37,192 bases of DNA, taken from the NCBI GenBank assembly GCA_964388035.1, contig CAYLZE010000045.1, positions 1 through 37,192 on the forward strand, given 5' to 3'. The notes beneath the pieces were generated by a model that worked only from the letters and a program-made list of their open reading frames with translations, was not told the DNA's origin and made no database searches. A program made the translations under genes and the position numbers. This DNA is from an uncultured archaeon (GTDB lineage Archaea; Asgardarchaeota; Lokiarchaeia; Sigyniarchaeales; SOKP01). This document shows, piece after piece, positions 1-9,200 of the stretch; position 1 is the first letter of the stretch; every line of letters starts with the position of its first letter.

Positions 1-5
1 ATTTT

Positions 6-1292
6 TTATTCTTTATTAAGATATTTTTTATTTCCCATATATTTTTGCACCACTTTTGGAATAGCAACCGATCCATCCTCTTGCTGATAATTTTCCAAAA
101 TGCAACATATTACTCTTTCTGTTGCAATTGCAGTAGAATTTAGGGTATGTACTATTTGTTTATCTTCCTCGCTTCCTACCTTTCCCATTCTTACTTTCAA
201 CTTTCTTGCTTGATAATCCAGGCAATTACTACAAGATACTAATTCTCTATATGTTTTAGACGCCGGAAACCATCCTTCAAGATCATATTTCTTAGATGCA
301 TTATCATTTAACTCCCCAGAGGCAATGCTTACAATTCTATAAGGTAATTCCAATTTTTTATATATTTCTTCGGCATTTTGTATTAGCTCCTCGTGATATA
401 TCCAAGAATCCTCGGGTTTACAAAAAATAAACTGTTCCACTTTTTCGAATTGATGAATTCTAAAAATTCCTAGCGTATCCTTTCCGTGAGAACCAGCTTC
501 CCTCCTAAAGCAAGAAGAAATTCCCGCATATTTTAACGGTAACTTGTCGGGATCGATAATCTCATCGTAATGATATGCAGCAAGGGTTTGTTCTGATGTG
601 GCAATCATGAATAGGTCTTCATCCTGGATCTTATAAAGCTGCTCTTCAAAATCTGCCAGTTCAGCGGCGGCTTTTATAATTTCATGTTTGATAAAAAAGG
701 GCGTCCACATGGGAAGAAAATTCTTTTTTTCCAATTGTTCTAACGCGAATCTTAACAGAGCGAGATTTAATAATACTAAATCTCCTTTGAGATAGTAAAA
801 TCGCGATCCGACCACTTCAGCCGCTTTTTTAGTATCCGCTCCATTAATTAATTCAACCAATTCCACATGGGAGGAAGGTGTAAAATTAAATTTTGGTAAT
901 GTACCTACCTCCTTGATGATCTCATTTCCCTCTTCCGTTTCAGAGATGGGTACAGATTCATGTACGATATTTCCTACAATATAGCGATACTCTTCTCGCT
1001 TTTCTAGATGCTCTTTTTGTTGAACCTCAAGATCATCGATTTTTTGTTTAATTGATTTAGATTCTTCAATAGCATTATCAGCTTCTTTGTTCTTTTTTTC
1101 TTTCTTGTATTTTGCAATGAGATGAGAAATCTCATTTCTTTTTTGCCTTAAATCTTGTATCTCTCCTAACGCTTCTCTCCATTTCTTATCATATTCCGCA
1201 ACTTTCTCTGCATTTGAAGGATCTTTAAACCGTCTTTTTTCAGATTCCTTTATTTCATCTAAATGATTTCTAAATAATTCAATATCAAGCAT
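6..1292 (-). CDS. serS: Serine--tRNA ligase (class II, type 1)
   Basis: N-terminal coiled coil plus the motifs ATSEQ, CFRREAGSHGKDTLGIFRIHQFEKVE, ELVSCSNC and HTLNST. ATG at 1292 (MLDIELFR) is preferred over the TTG at 1325. Confidence 0.97.
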   Translation of the reverse strand: MLDIELFRNHLDEIKESEKRRFKDPSNAEKVAEYDKKWREALGEIQDLRQKRNEISHLIAKYKKEKKNKEADNAIEESKSIKQKIDDLEVQQKEHLEKREEYRYIVGNIVHESVPISETEEGNEIIKEVGTLPKFNFTPSSHVELVELINGADTKKAAEVVGSRFYYLKGDLVLLNLALLRFALEQLEKKNFLPMWTPFFIKHEIIKAAAELADFEEQLYKIQDEDLFMIATSEQTLAAYHYDEIIDPDKLPLKYAGISSCFRREAGSHGKDTLGIFRIHQFEKVEQFIFCKPEDSWIYHEELIQNAEEIYKKLELPYRIVSIASGELNDNASKKYDLEGWFPASKTYRELVSCSNCLDYQARKLKVRMGKVGSEEDKQIVHTLNSTAIATERVICCILENYQQEDGSVAIPKVVQKYMGNKKYLNKE

Positions 1293-1390
1293 GTTTGTAA
1301 CCTTAATTTTGTACTCTTTCTGCAAAAATCTCTCTTTTATTGAGAGATCCCTTAAAATACTATTTATTGAATAAATTATTTACAACACCA

Positions 1391-1846
1391 TCAATGGTGA
1401 AGGCGTGAAGCTAAATTTGAACGTAAGATTCCCGTTTTTATCTTGGCTTTATCCCATCCAACGGTATCCATTATGCGCATGATTTTTAAACGGGCTGCTT
1501 TTCCTTTCATTCCCTCTTCTTCCATTATTTCTCCTGCAAAATCTTCCTTTGCCTTTCGCTTGAAATATTCTTCTTTTAATTTTTCGCGATCAAATCCGAA
1601 CTTATCCATGAATTCCATGAGAGTATTTCGAATAGCTAATCCTTGTAAACTCAATTCGGCCATGAGATCCAAAACAAATTCTTCCTTCTTCTTGAAATCT
1701 TCATGCGCTTCCTTTAATTTCTCCTGATCTAATCCCGTTATTGCAATTAATTTTTTAATTTCGTTTAATATGGGTTTTCCTTCCAAGTGCTCCGTTTCCA
1801 TAAATTTTATCGCAAATCGTTCAATTTGCTCTTGCTCTTCTCCCAT
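1391..1846 (-). CDS. Hypothetical helical protein with three ~46-aa repeats
   Basis: ORF from MGEEQEQ. Repeats ERFAIKFM..GLDQEKLK / EEFVLDLM..GFDREKLK / EDFAGEIM..GWDKAKIK. The upstream extension in the ORF track looks like AT-rich intergenic DNA. Confidence 0.75.
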   Translation of the reverse strand: MGEEQEQIERFAIKFMETEHLEGKPILNEIKKLIAITGLDQEKLKEAHEDFKKKEEFVLDLMAELSLQGLAIRNTLMEFMDKFGFDREKLKEEYFKRKAKEDFAGEIMEEEGMKGKAARLKIMRIMDTVGWDKAKIKTGILRSNLASRLHH

Positions 1847-2108
1847 AGATGGTTTAATGTAGGATTCAAAAAAAAAATTGCTTTTATTTTGAAGAAAAAT
1901 CATAAAAAGTAAGGGCAATAGGAAGTAATCATGGTTTTTGAAAAAGGTACTGCACGACTTGGATCATTGATTTAAGAAAACGGGCAATGAATTATTATAA
2001 TCACAAAATATTTTTTGTCTACTTAATTCAAACTATTAAAGATTTTTCATTTTTCAATCAAAGGAATTAGAATTTAAAAATTTGGTGGTTTATCCAAGGA
2101 GCAAGGAA

Positions 2109-4112
2109 ATGTCTGATTCACAGACCAATGAAAAAGGAGAACTTCGTATTGGAGTCTTCATTTGTGAGTGAGGCGTAAATATCGGATTACACGTTGATTG
2201 TCCTGCATTGCGAGAATTTGCGGAAGCGCAACCAAACGTGGTCGTGGCGAGGGTGAATAAATTTACCTGTAGTGACCCGGGACAGCAGCTTATAAGAAAT
2301 GACATCTTACAATTTGATTTAAATAGAATTGTAGTTGCGGCATGCACTCCTAAAATTCATGAACCAACCTATCGTGCAGTGCTCATCGAAGCAGGTTTGA
2401 GCCCCTATTACTTTGAAATGGTAAACATACGAGAGCAGTGTTCTTTTGTTCATCAAGGAGATAAAGAAGCAGCTACTGAGAAAGCAAAGCGTTTACTGCT
2501 CGCAGGAATAAACAGGGCACGAGAATTAGAATCTATCCCGAGGAAGGAAATCCCGATAACAAAATCTGCTCTGATTATCGGGGCGGGAATTGCAGGAATG
2601 AATGCTGCCTTAGATTTAGCCGAACAAGGAATCGAAATATACTTGGTTGAAAAGGCCCCCACTATCGGAGGAAAAATGGCTCAATTAGACCGAATTTTTC
2701 CTACCGATGATTGTGGCATCTGAGTATTAGCGCCCATCATGGTAAACGCTTCAAGGCATCCCAACATCAACCTCCTAACTTATAGTGATATTTTAGAATT
2801 TTCGGGAATTACCGGAGAATATAATGTAAAAGTCAGAAAAAATCCGAGATTTGTAAATGAAAAAAAATGTACGGGTTGTGGTTTATGTACTATTAAGTGC
2901 CCCATCAAGGTTCCTGATGAATTCAATCGCGGTATTGGTGAACGAGGGGCAATTTATATTCCTTTTCCTCAAGCCGTGCCTAAATATGCTGTCATTGATA
3001 AAGAAACATGCATTAATTGTCGAAGTTGCGAACGAGAATGTCCTGCAGAAGCAATTAATTTCCAACAAGAAGAAGAAATCATTGAGTTGAAAGTGGGAGC
3101 CATCATCGTGGCAACGGGTTGGGATGAATATCCTATTATTGAATCGAATGAATATAACTATGGGATCTATCCCGATGTCATTACTCAAATTGAATTGGAA
3201 CGCATGTTAAGTCCCATTGGACCAACTGACGGACACGTGTATCGCATATCCGATGGAAAGACCCCTAAAAAAGTCGCAATGATTCAATGCGTTGGCTCCC
3301 GTTCCTTGAGAGCTAATTCATATTGTAGTGCAGTATGCTGTAACGTGTCCCTTAAAAATGCTCAGCTTCTCAAGCAGGAATATCCCGAGATGGATATAAC
3401 TATCTTTTACATCGATATAAGAACATGGGATAAAAATAATGAAGAATATTATCGAAATATCCGTGCTCAGAACATAAATTTTATAAAGGGAATACCTGGA
3501 GATATCAAGTTAAACGAGGATGGAACGCTCCGGTTATTTTTTGATCTTTCTCTCGAAAATACTGTAATCTGGGAAGATTTTGACTTGGTAGTATTATCCA
3601 CGGGCATCGTTCCTTCTAAAGGCACGAATGAAATCGTAGAAATCCTGGGGCTCAGCAAGGGACCAAATGGATTTTTATCGGAAGTACATGGATGCTTAAA
3701 ACCAGTAGAGACAAAAGATACGGGAATTTATATTTGTGGATGCGCAAGTGGTCCTAAAAACATCCCATATTCCGTCTCGTCTGCTTTAGGGGCAGCCAGC
3801 AAGGCGGGTACCCTATTATCTAAGGACACCTTAAATCAAGAATTATTAATTGCCGAAGTTGATGAAGCGCTTTGCATGGGGTGCCATAGATGCGAAAAAA
3901 CGTGCGATTTTAATGCTATACGCGTGAATGAGAAAGGAATTGCAGAAGTAAACGATTTAAAATGCAAAGGATGCGGTGCTTGTATCACAAATTGTCCAGC
4001 TAGCGCAATTGATTTAAAATATTATAGAGATAATCAATTTGACGCCGAAATAAAAGGCATTACTGGTGTAGAAATTAAAATTCAAGCGGAGAAAAAATCT
4101 ATTGAAGGTTAA
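2109..4112 (+). CDS. hdrA: Heterodisulfide reductase subunit A-like flavoprotein, selenoprotein (667 aa; Sec21 and Sec205)
   Basis: ATG 2109 gives MSDSQTNEKGELRIGVFICE-UGA(2169-2171)-GVNIG, matching the HdrA motif RIGVFxCxCGxNI. The frame continues through GAGIAG (FAD) to FPTDDCGI-UGA(2721-2723)-VLAPIM, then into ORF 2739..4112 with ferredoxin motifs, QCVGSR and CSAVCC. All three segments share one frame. Confidence 0.93.
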
Positions 4113-4126
4113 AAATAAGGGTGATA

Positions 4127-4567
4127 ATGACAACGTCAGAAATAGGAAAAACTATGAAAAGAAACATCATTGCATTTGGCTGCGAAAAATGAGGCTATGC
4201 AGTTGCCGACTTGACGGGCACTACTCGGAAATCGTACTCGACTAACTTCCATTTAATACGGGTGAGATGCACCGGACGGGTTGGTATCCATTTGATAATG
4301 GATGCGTTTTTGAATGGTGCTGATGGAGTAGCAATTATCTCGTGCCACGAAGGAGAATGTAACTTTGGAAATGCTAACATGAATACGAATGCTCATGTTC
4401 AAATATTAAAAAAAATATTTGAAAAACAAGGCATTAATCCAGATAGAATTCAGCAATACTTTTGCGCAGCAGCGGAAGTGGAAAAGTTCGTCTCTTCTGT
4501 TGAGGATATCACAAAGAAAGTCATTGCGATGCCTCCTCTTCCAAAAAAAATGTTAATTCCAAAATAG
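4127..4567 (+). CDS. mvhD: MvhD/VhuD [2Fe-2S] subunit, selenoprotein (146 aa; Sec22)
   Basis: ATG 4127 gives ...NIIAFGCEK-UGA(4190-4192)-GYAVADLTG, matching the MvhD motif CxxCxYxxADxxG. It is in frame with IRVRCTGRV, GADGV and CHEGEC. An alternative ATG lies at 4154. Confidence 0.93.
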
Positions 4568-4568
4568 A

Positions 4569-4604
4569 ATGATTCCCTCAAAAAAATTATAGTTGAGGGG
4601 AGAC
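4569..4604 (+). promoter_or_regulatory. SECIS element, eukaryote-like AUGA_AA_GA type
   Basis: AUGA (4569-4572), then UUCCCUCAA (4573-4581) pairing with UUGAGGGGA (4593-4601), an A-rich loop AAAAAUUAUAG, and GA (4602-4603) forming tandem G.A pairs. It lies directly after the mvhD stop. The lower helix is weak. Confidence 0.85.
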
Positions 4605-4671
4605 TGCCCTGCGTGGGATTTTGGAAATTGTAAATAATAAAATTAATGCTTAAAAATAAGAATTAGCAAAA

Positions 4672-6180
4672 ATGACTCAAGAAAATAAAATCACTTGGGA
4701 AATCTTGAAGGATTTATCAGATGCTTTAGATTCGTACAGAGTTAAAGCGTTGATAGATGCAAAAAAAGATATTTTAACTGCGGGAGTATATTCAGAACTC
4801 CAGTATTTTTCCTTATTATTTAAAATGGTGGAAGAAGAAAAATTAAAATATGCTCTTTTTAATCAAATCAAACTAGGTAAAATCTTCCGCTTTCACCATT
4901 TAAAGAATTTTTCAGAAAATCATTCCATTGAATTAAACAGGGTATTTAGCCTGTTAAAACTCCTGCAAATGGAAAATCTAATTGACATTGAAAATGAATA
5001 CGATGATGTGAAAACAGAAGCACCTGATCTGAACGCTACTGAAAACATTCTTAATGAGAATGATATAAAAATACGCACCCTAAATCCTGATTTCCTAAAA
5101 GTGCGGTCGATTTATGAACCCGTCAGAGTCATTTTTGATGCTAAAATTTGTTCGGGATGCGGCATGTGCGTGAGCGTGTGTCCCGTGAACTGTCTTGATG
5201 TGCTCAATGGATTCGGAAAGTTTGACGAGGAGAAATGCATAAAATGTGGCCTTTGTTTTTATACCTGTCCTCGTTCCTATTTACCCATCGATGCCCTAAA
5301 CATGGCATTAGATGATGCTTCCGAACTCAAGCACTATTCTCAAATTGGATCATACCTCCAAATTTTTTCCGCACGGAGTAAGATCAAAGAAATAGCGGAA
5401 AAGTGCCAAGATGGAGGCATCACCAGTACCCTCCTTTTTTATCTTTTTGAAAAAGGGCTCATCACTCATGGAATAGGTGCTAAAATGAGCAACACTACAT
5501 GGAGACCGGAGCCCATCGTATTAAAAAATAAAGAGGACGTCCTTCTGACCTTGGGAACGAAATATGTCAATAATCCATCTCTAAAGGTATTAAAAACCGT
5601 CATGGAAGAAAATAATGCTTCCATCGCGGTAGCGGGAGTCCCCTGCATGATGCAGGCACTACTAAAATCAAAAGTTTATGATATCAATTTACCTGCTCTA
5701 AAAAACATACGATATCGAATCGGAATTTTTTGCATGGAATCCTTCTCTTACCAAAATCTTTTAAAAATTTGCGAGAAAATGAACGTGGCAATAAATGAAG
5801 TGAATAAAATGAATATTAATAAAGGAAAGTTTTTCGCTCATGCAAAAAATGGACAAGAATTAAATATCCCCATGAAAGAGATAACCCATCTCGCTCGAGA
5901 AGATTGCGAAACATGTTTTGATCTCACTTCTGAATCTGCAGATATTTCCGTGGGCTCGATTGGATCGCCGTCGGGATGGAATACGGTAATTGTTAGAACA
6001 AAAACGGGGATGGCTCTCCATGAGCAATTGATTAAAGAAAATCTGATCGAATCGAAAGAAATGAAGGACGTGGAGCCAGGATTACCCCTATTATTGAAGG
6101 TTGCAACCTCAAAAAGGAAAAAATGTAATGAACACATCAATTTAAAGAAAGCAGATCAAGCAAGATATCCTCGATATTAA
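4672..6180 (+). CDS. FrhB/FdhB-family (F420-interacting) subunit with 2x[4Fe-4S] ferredoxin domain and an extra N-terminal helical domain
   Basis: Ferredoxin motifs CSGCGMCVSVCP and CIKCGLCFYTCPR. FrhB motifs QDGGITS, GTKY, GVPC, IGIFCME, C..C.D and ADISVGSIGSPSGWNTVIVRT. Confidence 0.9.
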   Translation: MTQENKITWEILKDLSDALDSYRVKALIDAKKDILTAGVYSELQYFSLLFKMVEEEKLKYALFNQIKLGKIFRFHHLKNFSENHSIELNRVFSLLKLLQMENLIDIENEYDDVKTEAPDLNATENILNENDIKIRTLNPDFLKVRSIYEPVRVIFDAKICSGCGMCVSVCPVNCLDVLNGFGKFDEEKCIKCGLCFYTCPRSYLPIDALNMALDDASELKHYSQIGSYLQIFSARSKIKEIAEKCQDGGITSTLLFYLFEKGLITHGIGAKMSNTTWRPEPIVLKNKEDVLLTLGTKYVNNPSLKVLKTVMEENNASIAVAGVPCMMQALLKSKVYDINLPALKNIRYRIGIFCMESFSYQNLLKICEKMNVAINEVNKMNINKGKFFAHAKNGQELNIPMKEITHLAREDCETCFDLTSESADISVGSIGSPSGWNTVIVRTKTGMALHEQLIKENLIESKEMKDVEPGLPLLLKVATSKRKKCNEHINLKKADQARYPRY

Positions 6181-6384
6181 TAAAAGTTTTTTAGTTGTGA
6201 AAATTGCCATATAATCCAAAGTCCTCCCGAATTTTCCCTTTTTTATCTGGAACAGTTCTCTATCATGAATGGATTGTATTTTAAATTGCATTAATTCATT
6301 CATTAAAATTATAACGTACCCTATTTTTTAAAAGATAATTAATTTTGTTTTAAATAATAATAAATTTCGCATTAATCGAGTAAA

Positions 6385-7752
6385 ATGGAAGAAAATAGAT
6401 TTAGCATTTTCCAAAAAATTTCATTCTCTACTGGCTCCTTTTCGCAATGGTTTGTCAATACTGCCTTTAACACGTGGGTATTTTCCTTCTATTACACGGC
6501 AGTGGGCTTAAATGTTAATCTAATAATGCTCGCCTACATTTGCTGGACAATATGGAACGCGATCAACGATCCCTTATTTGGTTACATCTCGGATAGGACC
6601 CATACAAGATGGGGGCGTCGGAAACCCTTCATCATGCTAGGAACGATTCCCGTTGTAATTATTGAGATAATACTTTGGATCCCTCCCACATCAAGTCAAT
6701 TTATCACGTTTATATATCTCCTTATAATGCTCATGTGTTATGACACGTTTTACACGATGATAACGTTTTTTGATGCGTTATTTCCCGAGTTATACGTTTC
6801 TATCAAAGAACGAGCTCAAGTTAATACCATGAAACAAATATTCGCTACTGTGGGATTATTATGTGCTTTTTTAATACCTGGGATATTTATTGGAGATCTT
6901 TCTGCAAAAGGAGGGTATTTTATTAATGGCATTGTCTCGTCTATCATTGTTGGCGCATCATTGCTCATTGCAATAAAATGGGGCGTAAAGGAAAAGGCAG
7001 AATATAAGTTTGATTCCAAGCATGAATTTAGTTTCCTCAAAGGATTGAGTTATACATTTAGTAACAAGGGATTCGTGCTCTATACCATCATGTTTTTTCT
7101 CTATGAATACATTACTCTCGTTTTAGCCACTACGGTTCCCCTTTATGCCCAGCATGTACTTGGGATCAGCAATACTTTTCAAACTTCGCTAATTCTTGGA
7201 GTGATGTTCATAATGGGAATAGTCACGGTTCCTTTATGGAGATATTTAGACGTGAAAATTGGCAGCAAGAAATCTTTTGCGCTCTCTCTCGTTCTCTACG
7301 CATTTACTAGCATTCCCCTTTTATTCATTAATAGTTTCGGGACGGCGGTTATAACCGTTATATTCATGGGCATAGGATTTGGGGGAATGCTGTATTTCGT
7401 TTATTTACTCATCAGTGACGTCATAGATTCGGACGAATTAAAGACAGGAGTGAGACGGGAAGGCACATTCTTTGGAATTACTAATTTTTTCATGCGTTTA
7501 GCCATGATTCTTTCCATCATAACCATTGGGACGGTTTTTAACACTACGGGATGGGAGGAATACGTTCCAAATCCTAATGTAAACGCAATTCTAGGATTAA
7601 GACTTTTAGTGTTCTTATTCCCTGCCGTTGCTGTAGGAGCTACCTTGATCTGCTTATATTTCTATCCCTATCCTAGGAAAAGAGTATTAGAGATGAAGAA
7701 AGAATTAGAGTCACTCCACGATAAGAAAAGAGAAAGACTTAGTGAATCTTAA
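6385..7752 (+). CDS. MFS transporter, GPH (glycoside-pentoside-hexuronide:cation symporter) family
   Basis: About 12 hydrophobic segments, NDPLFGYISDRTHTRWGRRKPF and DELKTGVRREG. Confidence 0.9.
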   Translation: MEENRFSIFQKISFSTGSFSQWFVNTAFNTWVFSFYYTAVGLNVNLIMLAYICWTIWNAINDPLFGYISDRTHTRWGRRKPFIMLGTIPVVIIEIILWIPPTSSQFITFIYLLIMLMCYDTFYTMITFFDALFPELYVSIKERAQVNTMKQIFATVGLLCAFLIPGIFIGDLSAKGGYFINGIVSSIIVGASLLIAIKWGVKEKAEYKFDSKHEFSFLKGLSYTFSNKGFVLYTIMFFLYEYITLVLATTVPLYAQHVLGISNTFQTSLILGVMFIMGIVTVPLWRYLDVKIGSKKSFALSLVLYAFTSIPLLFINSFGTAVITVIFMGIGFGGMLYFVYLLISDVIDSDELKTGVRREGTFFGITNFFMRLAMILSIITIGTVFNTTGWEEYVPNPNVNAILGLRLLVFLFPAVAVGATLICLYFYPYPRKRVLEMKKELESLHDKKRERLSES

Positions 7753-7845
7753 ATATGAAATTAATTTTTCCACTTTTTTTCTTTATTTATTAAATCCTAT
7801 ATCTTAATAAAGGTAAAATTAGAAAAATTTCCTTTTTTTAATTTT

Positions 7846-9123
7846 TTAGAGTTTTGAAAGGGCTTGATCCAGGTCATCGATGATGTCATCTGCATTTTCT
7901 AATCCTACCGAAAATCTAAAATGCGTGCTTGGTATTTCCATTGCCTTTCTTTCCCAAGAAGCCAAATCAATACCCGTCATGAACGGAGTAAATTGAATTA
8001 GAGAGGTGGTATCCCCTAGGGAAACGCCTACTTTAATCAATTTAAATAGCTCCATCAGTTTTTTACAATCGTCTTGGTCGTCTAATTCGAAACCAATCAT
8101 CCCGCTATAGTCGTGCATCTGATGCTTTGCAATCTCGTGGCCGGGGTGCGATTCTAGTCCAGGGTACACCACTTTTGAAACTTTAGGATGTTTTTCCAAG
8201 TATTGACTTACTTTCAACGCGTTGGACGAATGCCATTTCATCCGCATGTTTAGCGTTTTAATTCCTCGAAGAATCAACCACGCATTAAAGGGACTCATGA
8301 CTTGACCTTGTAATTCTTGCCAGAAGTAGCGTATATTTCGTATTTGGTTCTTTTCTCCAATAATGGCTCCTCCCAAGCAGTCCCCGTGCCCGTTTATGTA
8401 TTTCGTGAGACTTTCCACCACTACATCTGCTCCAAATTCTAAAGGACGTTGGAGGGCGGGGGATGCCCATGTATTATCCACCACTAATTTTCCTCCTACT
8501 TCATGGATCAATTTTGAACATCCCTCGATGTCAATAATATCCACCGTGGGATTTGCAGGAGTTTCAAAAAACACCATTTTGGTGTATTCATCTATTGCTT
8601 TTTCCAAGTTTTTTAAATCCGTTAAATCTACTTTTTTGGTTTCAATACCCATTTGACAGTATAAATTAGTGAAAAGACGATAAGAGCCTGTATATTGATT
8701 CTTATGGCTGATTATATTTGGCTTTTTATCGGGATTGGATTGTGGATAATATTTTTTAATTTTTTCAGGTCGCATGCGTTCGATGCGTTCTTGTAAGATA
8801 CTGGAACAGGCTAAATGAATTGCCCCCATGCCGGAAGCCACGGAGATTGCAAATTCACCCTTGTGTAGGGTGGCTAATTTCTCATCTAAGGCATATAGCG
8901 TGGGATTTTCTGTTCTAGAATAGAAAAAATGATTTTGAAGTAATTCAGAGAGGCTAGAATAGGTATAGGACTTGGTGGCATAAATCGGTGGTCTTAGACT
9001 ATGAGAAGTTTCTGGATAAGGATCTTCTCCCGCGCGTAAAATCTGGGTTTCGAACCTCATCTTTTCCCATTTTTTTTTATTTTCCTCTCTTTCACGAGAG
9101 TAATCTCTTTCTTCCTTACTCAT
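7846..9123 (-). CDS. PLP-dependent Cys/Met metabolism enzyme (cystathionine/methionine gamma-lyase family)
   Basis: YSRTENPT, SGMGAI, FETPANPT, VVDNTW, ESLTKYINGHGD (PLP Lys), VSLG and RFSVGLE. Confidence 0.92.
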   Translation of the reverse strand: MSKEERDYSREREENKKKWEKMRFETQILRAGEDPYPETSHSLRPPIYATKSYTYSSLSELLQNHFFYSRTENPTLYALDEKLATLHKGEFAISVASGMGAIHLACSSILQERIERMRPEKIKKYYPQSNPDKKPNIISHKNQYTGSYRLFTNLYCQMGIETKKVDLTDLKNLEKAIDEYTKMVFFETPANPTVDIIDIEGCSKLIHEVGGKLVVDNTWASPALQRPLEFGADVVVESLTKYINGHGDCLGGAIIGEKNQIRNIRYFWQELQGQVMSPFNAWLILRGIKTLNMRMKWHSSNALKVSQYLEKHPKVSKVVYPGLESHPGHEIAKHQMHDYSGMIGFELDDQDDCKKLMELFKLIKVGVSLGDTTSLIQFTPFMTGIDLASWERKAMEIPSTHFRFSVGLENADDIIDDLDQALSKL

Positions 9124-9200
9124 GTTCGCAGCTTTTAGCTTATTTATTTTGTGATTATTGAGTTAGAATGGTAGAAAATTAATGAATGCTTCTAAAAGGA

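Noticed and set aside
2109-4567. Genome-wide UGA reassignment, or hdrA/mvhD pseudogenes
   Set aside because: TGA is a normal stop elsewhere (rps13 13784-13786, MTase 22680-22682). The three internal TGAs all fall on conserved Cys positions and a SECIS follows.
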